Both the position numbers and the translations under genes were made by a program. From Rhynchopus sp. YZ270_cl-10 (lineage: Eukaryota), in the NCBI GenBank assembly GCA_964035575.1, contig OZ037845.1, positions 868,001 to 932,000 of the forward strand: 64,000 nt of DNA, given 5' to 3'. Below the pieces are notes generated by a model. It had not been told where the DNA came from. It searched no databases and saw only the letters and a program-made list of their open reading frames with translations. This document shows, piece by piece, positions 60,852 to 64,000 of this stretch (positions are counted from its first letter, which is position 1; each line of letters starts with the position of its first letter).

Positions 60852-61727
60852 TTATCTAATTCTAACGTCCTTGAGAGCTTCGTGTATAGCCTCATCCGAG
60901 GCGAGTCTGTTCTCCATTCGCCATGAGGCTGCGTCGGTTGCTGCACGGTCGAATCTGGTGTGCAGATCGCCTAGGCGGGCGATGTTGTCCTTCACGCTCT
61001 GCTCTGTGACGTCGAGCTGCGTGAGCAGGCCTTGCAAGAGGACGGCTTGGGCGTCACTTTGCATACCACCACCACTACCACCACCACTGACACTGACACC
61101 ATCATTGCCACCATCACCCCCTCCCGGTTCTACCGGAGTCCGTGTCACCAATCTCCCTTCCAATCGCATTTCCGCTACCTTCGGTGTTTTTGTCGGAATA
61201 TGAGACCAATTAGGTTCGTGTATTTCATTTCGTGGTAAATACCCCGTTGCCCCCACCTCAAACACCCCATCATCCACATCGCTGTGAAGAAATGATGTTC
61301 GTTGTAAATCTGTTCTCGCAAAACGGAGTTCAGTTTTGAGTGCCGCGACCTCCTCATTCAGGGCAACGGAAGGGGCGAGAATGTCCTGGGTACGGCGAAG
61401 CCAGATGTCGCGCATCATCGTATCACCAAAACAGACAAGGCAGGTGTCATTCCCTGTTTCGCCTAACCAGGTAATGGAAAGCATGCTCTTAAGAAGCTCC
61501 TCTGGGCTGCCTTCTACCTTCAGCATATCCTGCAGCTTTGCGGCAGCAGTGATCTTCCCCTCCATCAACGCCGTCTCAGCTGCCTCCACCACAACAGAGT
61601 CCTCCTGCGCAATGAGCAGCTCCACCTTCCCCTGGGGCTTTTCGATTCTCAGCTCCGCACCCTCCAGATGAGCGACCCGTCGTTTCCATGACGACCCTAA
61701 CTTAAATGTGTACACACGGTGTTCCAT
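60852..61727 (-). CDS. hypothetical protein, PH-like N-terminus plus coiled coil
   Basis: SWKRRVAHLEG...RDIWL resembles a PH domain; 291-aa ORF. Confidence 0.7.
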   Translation of the reverse strand: MEHRVYTFKLGSSWKRRVAHLEGAELRIEKPQGKVELLIAQEDSVVVEAAETALMEGKITAAAKLQDMLKVEGSPEELLKSMLSITWLGETGNDTCLVCFGDTMMRDIWLRRTQDILAPSVALNEEVAALKTELRFARTDLQRTSFLHSDVDDGVFEVGATGYLPRNEIHEPNWSHIPTKTPKVAEMRLEGRLVTRTPVEPGGGDGGNDGVSVSGGGSGGGMQSDAQAVLLQGLLTQLDVTEQSVKDNIARLGDLHTRFDRAATDAASWRMENRLASDEAIHEALKDVRIR

Positions 61728-61817
61728 ATTATGAGAAGGAAAGAGAGAGAAAATATGTCTCTCCGGAAATGAGAACTTCCCAGTGCCTTTTTTTGGTGGT
61801 GTTTGAAAGGGAGGGAA

Positions 61818-61992
61818 GAGAGGGAGAGGGAGAGGGAGAGGGAGAGGGAGAGGGAGAGGGAGAGGGAGAGGGAGAGGGAGAGGGAGAGGGAGAGGGAGAG
61901 GGAGAGGGAGAGGGAGAGGGAGAGGGAGAGGGAGAGGGAGAGGGAGAGGGAGAGGGAGAGGGAGAGGGAGAGGGAGAGGGAGAGGGAGAGGG
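61818..61992. repeat. (GGGAGA)n microsatellite
   Basis: About 28 perfect hexamers. Confidence 0.97.
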
Positions 61993-63313
61993 GAAACCCA
62001 AAAATAGTGGTAGAAACTCCATACATTTTCTTCCCTCTTTTTTTTTTGCTGTTGACAGGGTTTTTTCCATCTTGCTTTTCAAAAAAAAAGCGGTAAGGGG
62101 AGAGAGGGGAGTTAATCCTCTGTTTGGGTCAGCATCAACTTTTGCGGGGCACAGAAAAGCCCCCCCCTCTAAGAGCGTCTCCTGCCATAGGCAGACTAAT
62201 ATAATAACCCCTCCGCCCTCCCTGCCCCCCTTGGAAAAAACCCTGGCTGAAAAGCGAGAGGAGTATGGGGAAATAGGGGGGGGGGTGTCACAAAGAACCA
62301 AAACCAAACCAAAACAAAGCGAAAAACGTTTTCTTTTTTTTTTCAAGTGCAAAGGGCATGACCAGGGCATGCATTAACACAAAGAGAAAAAAAAATAGCT
62401 TTTTTGAGAGATCAATAAATCCCCCTCTGAGAGAGGGGGAAAATAGAAGGTTGGGAAGATGAACCCCACCTTTTTGTGCACCAAAAAGAACGACAATCAG
62501 AAAAGTATGTTCAGACACATTTTTTACCAATTTCGTCAAAAAAAATTGAGCACTGAAAGCACGAATCATTTCCTTGGGAAAGATCAATGAATGTATAGTA
62601 TTTTTTTTTTCTCCATTTCAATGCAGCTGTCCATTTCTCCTCCTTACATTTCTTGTGAAAAGAGTAATGAAAGAGCGACACGGAAACAGTAAGGGTACTG
62701 CAAATGTGCAACAATTGCAAACCATGCCCGACGTGCACGTGCCTTCAGAGTCTGGGGAGGAACCTTATGAAAGGAAACAGCTGAATGGAAAGTATGAAAA
62801 ATGGAGCGAACGTTGAAAAAAAAAACATTGAATAGTTGTTGATGCAGGCACCTCCGACTGACCCACTGTACGATGTCAGCCCCGGAGGAAAGCACAAAAA
62901 ATTTAAAAAAAAAAGGATGACTTCCTGCCCCCCCACCCGTTATGGTTCAATAAAGAAGAAGAAAAAAAAAAACGGCAGTACGTTTTCGCTATCACAGCAG
63001 TGCCATCTGCGCTTCAGAGTCTTTGGCGAAAAAAAACGGTGAAGGGGAGGGCATTTGCAGCACTGCGCGAAATAATGGATCTCAATGCTGTCCCCCACCC
63101 CCCACGTTTCAACAAAAACCATTCCCCAAAAATGACACATATCTGAGAGGAAATAGGGTGCATTGTAAAACCACAAGACACTTAACAAAACTATAATTCA
63201 CTCGGGGTCAGGGTGTGGTTACATCTTTTTTTAGTTGTTCACCCTGGAAACGTAAGAGAAACGTTTGCTTGCTGACGCCGAAAACGTGAGCGAAACGTAG
63301 GTGTTTGCTAAAA

Positions 63314-64000
63314 TCATGATTCGGTGGGTTCCGGTCCAAAGGCGGGCAGTGTTCCAGATCCTACGACACAGTTTACTCTTTTGCGCAGTGCGTGCGCACT
63401 GAAAGCTTTGCCTGGTTCGCAGACTTCACCATCAAGCACAACTTTGACATTCTTCCTCTTTATTTCGACGTAGACAGCTTGGACCTTCTTCTGGCGCCAG
63501 TATTTATTTTTGAGATGCACACCGTCGTCGATTCTGTCAAACTCGCCGACAAGAGGAATACGCCCAAGAGGGTCGGACCACGTCATCCACATCATCCCGT
63601 CGTCTATTCTGCAGTCAGGGCTGGGCTTGAAATTCGTGTCCAGGGCAGGCGCATTCACAAGGTGGAAGAACTGAACCGACCCCTCCCACGTCTCCCACCC
63701 CTGGCTCTGGTCCGTGTGGTCCCATTTGCTTTGTGTTGGCTTGTCGGCAGGGACGTAGTGGATTTTCATTGGGTAAGAGATGTTGGTGTGCCCACCACAA
63801 CAGGGCCTGCAGATGCCGCAGCAGCAGAAGATCTTGATCACTGCGTACGCCGTGAAGCGAGGCGGCCCACAGCAACGGAAGATCTCGCTGTCAATGTCGA
63901 TGTCGCTCACCATGCCACTCGTCACCGAGAGTGCGCCGTAACGGGTGCGCGGCCCCTGGTTGAACTCGAACAGGTCAATCGGACGCGCCTTGCCCTTGAA
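63314..64000 (-). CDS. sphingosine/ceramide kinase-like (DAGK family), C-terminal part; runs off the window
   Basis: PIDLF...GMVSDIDIDSEIFRCCGPPRFT, DDG and VVLDGE motifs. Confidence 0.8.
   Translation of the reverse strand, partial: FKGKARPIDLFEFNQGPRTRYGALSVTSGMVSDIDIDSEIFRCCGPPRFTAYAVIKIFCCCGICRPCCGGHTNISYPMKIHYVPADKPTQSKWDHTDQSQGWETWEGSVQFFHLVNAPALDTNFKPSPDCRIDDGMMWMTWSDPLGRIPLVGEFDRIDDGVHLKNKYWRQKKVQAVYVEIKRKNVKVVLDGEVCEPGKAFSAHALRKRVNCVVGSGTLPAFGPEPTES

Noticed and set aside
61697..62377. ORFs with SL/EG/PS/ER dipeptide runs (also DC/TV runs at 6715-7035)
   Set aside because: Translations of microsatellites.

Overview
Eukaryotic genomic DNA from a euglenozoan, most likely a diplonemid. 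The evidence is an F1-ATPase p18 subunit, a euglenozoan-type beta-tubulin, about 20 protein genes all on the minus strand (a polycistronic-like unit) and canonical GT-AG introns. Protein genes: ATG1/ULK-like kinase, beta-tubulin, a secreted Cys-rich repeat protein, two GSTs, two chromodomain proteins, a ~2860-aa WD40/coiled-coil protein, CFAP36, a Ser/Thr kinase, a CID/Zn-finger protein, p18, dynein intermediate chain, three GILT thiol reductases, an SDR, an EamA transporter, an RRM protein and a partial sphingosine-kinase-like gene. The ORF track misses three layers. (1) About 23 snoRNA gene copies (7 box C/D families with rRNA-complementary guides plus 1 candidate AGA-box RNA) are interleaved with protein genes in a ~3.2-kb duplicated unit and repeatedly lie just upstream of a start codon. 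(2) At least three families of short (~40-60 nt) dispersed hairpin motifs occur in intergenic regions and introns, all in one orientation and folding best on the transcribed strand. (3) There are several tiny inverted-repeat elements, one supported by empty paralogous sites, and a large intronic foldback repeat. All calls come from reading the sequence by eye; rRNA target assignments rest on recalled conserved rRNA sequence and need computational confirmation.
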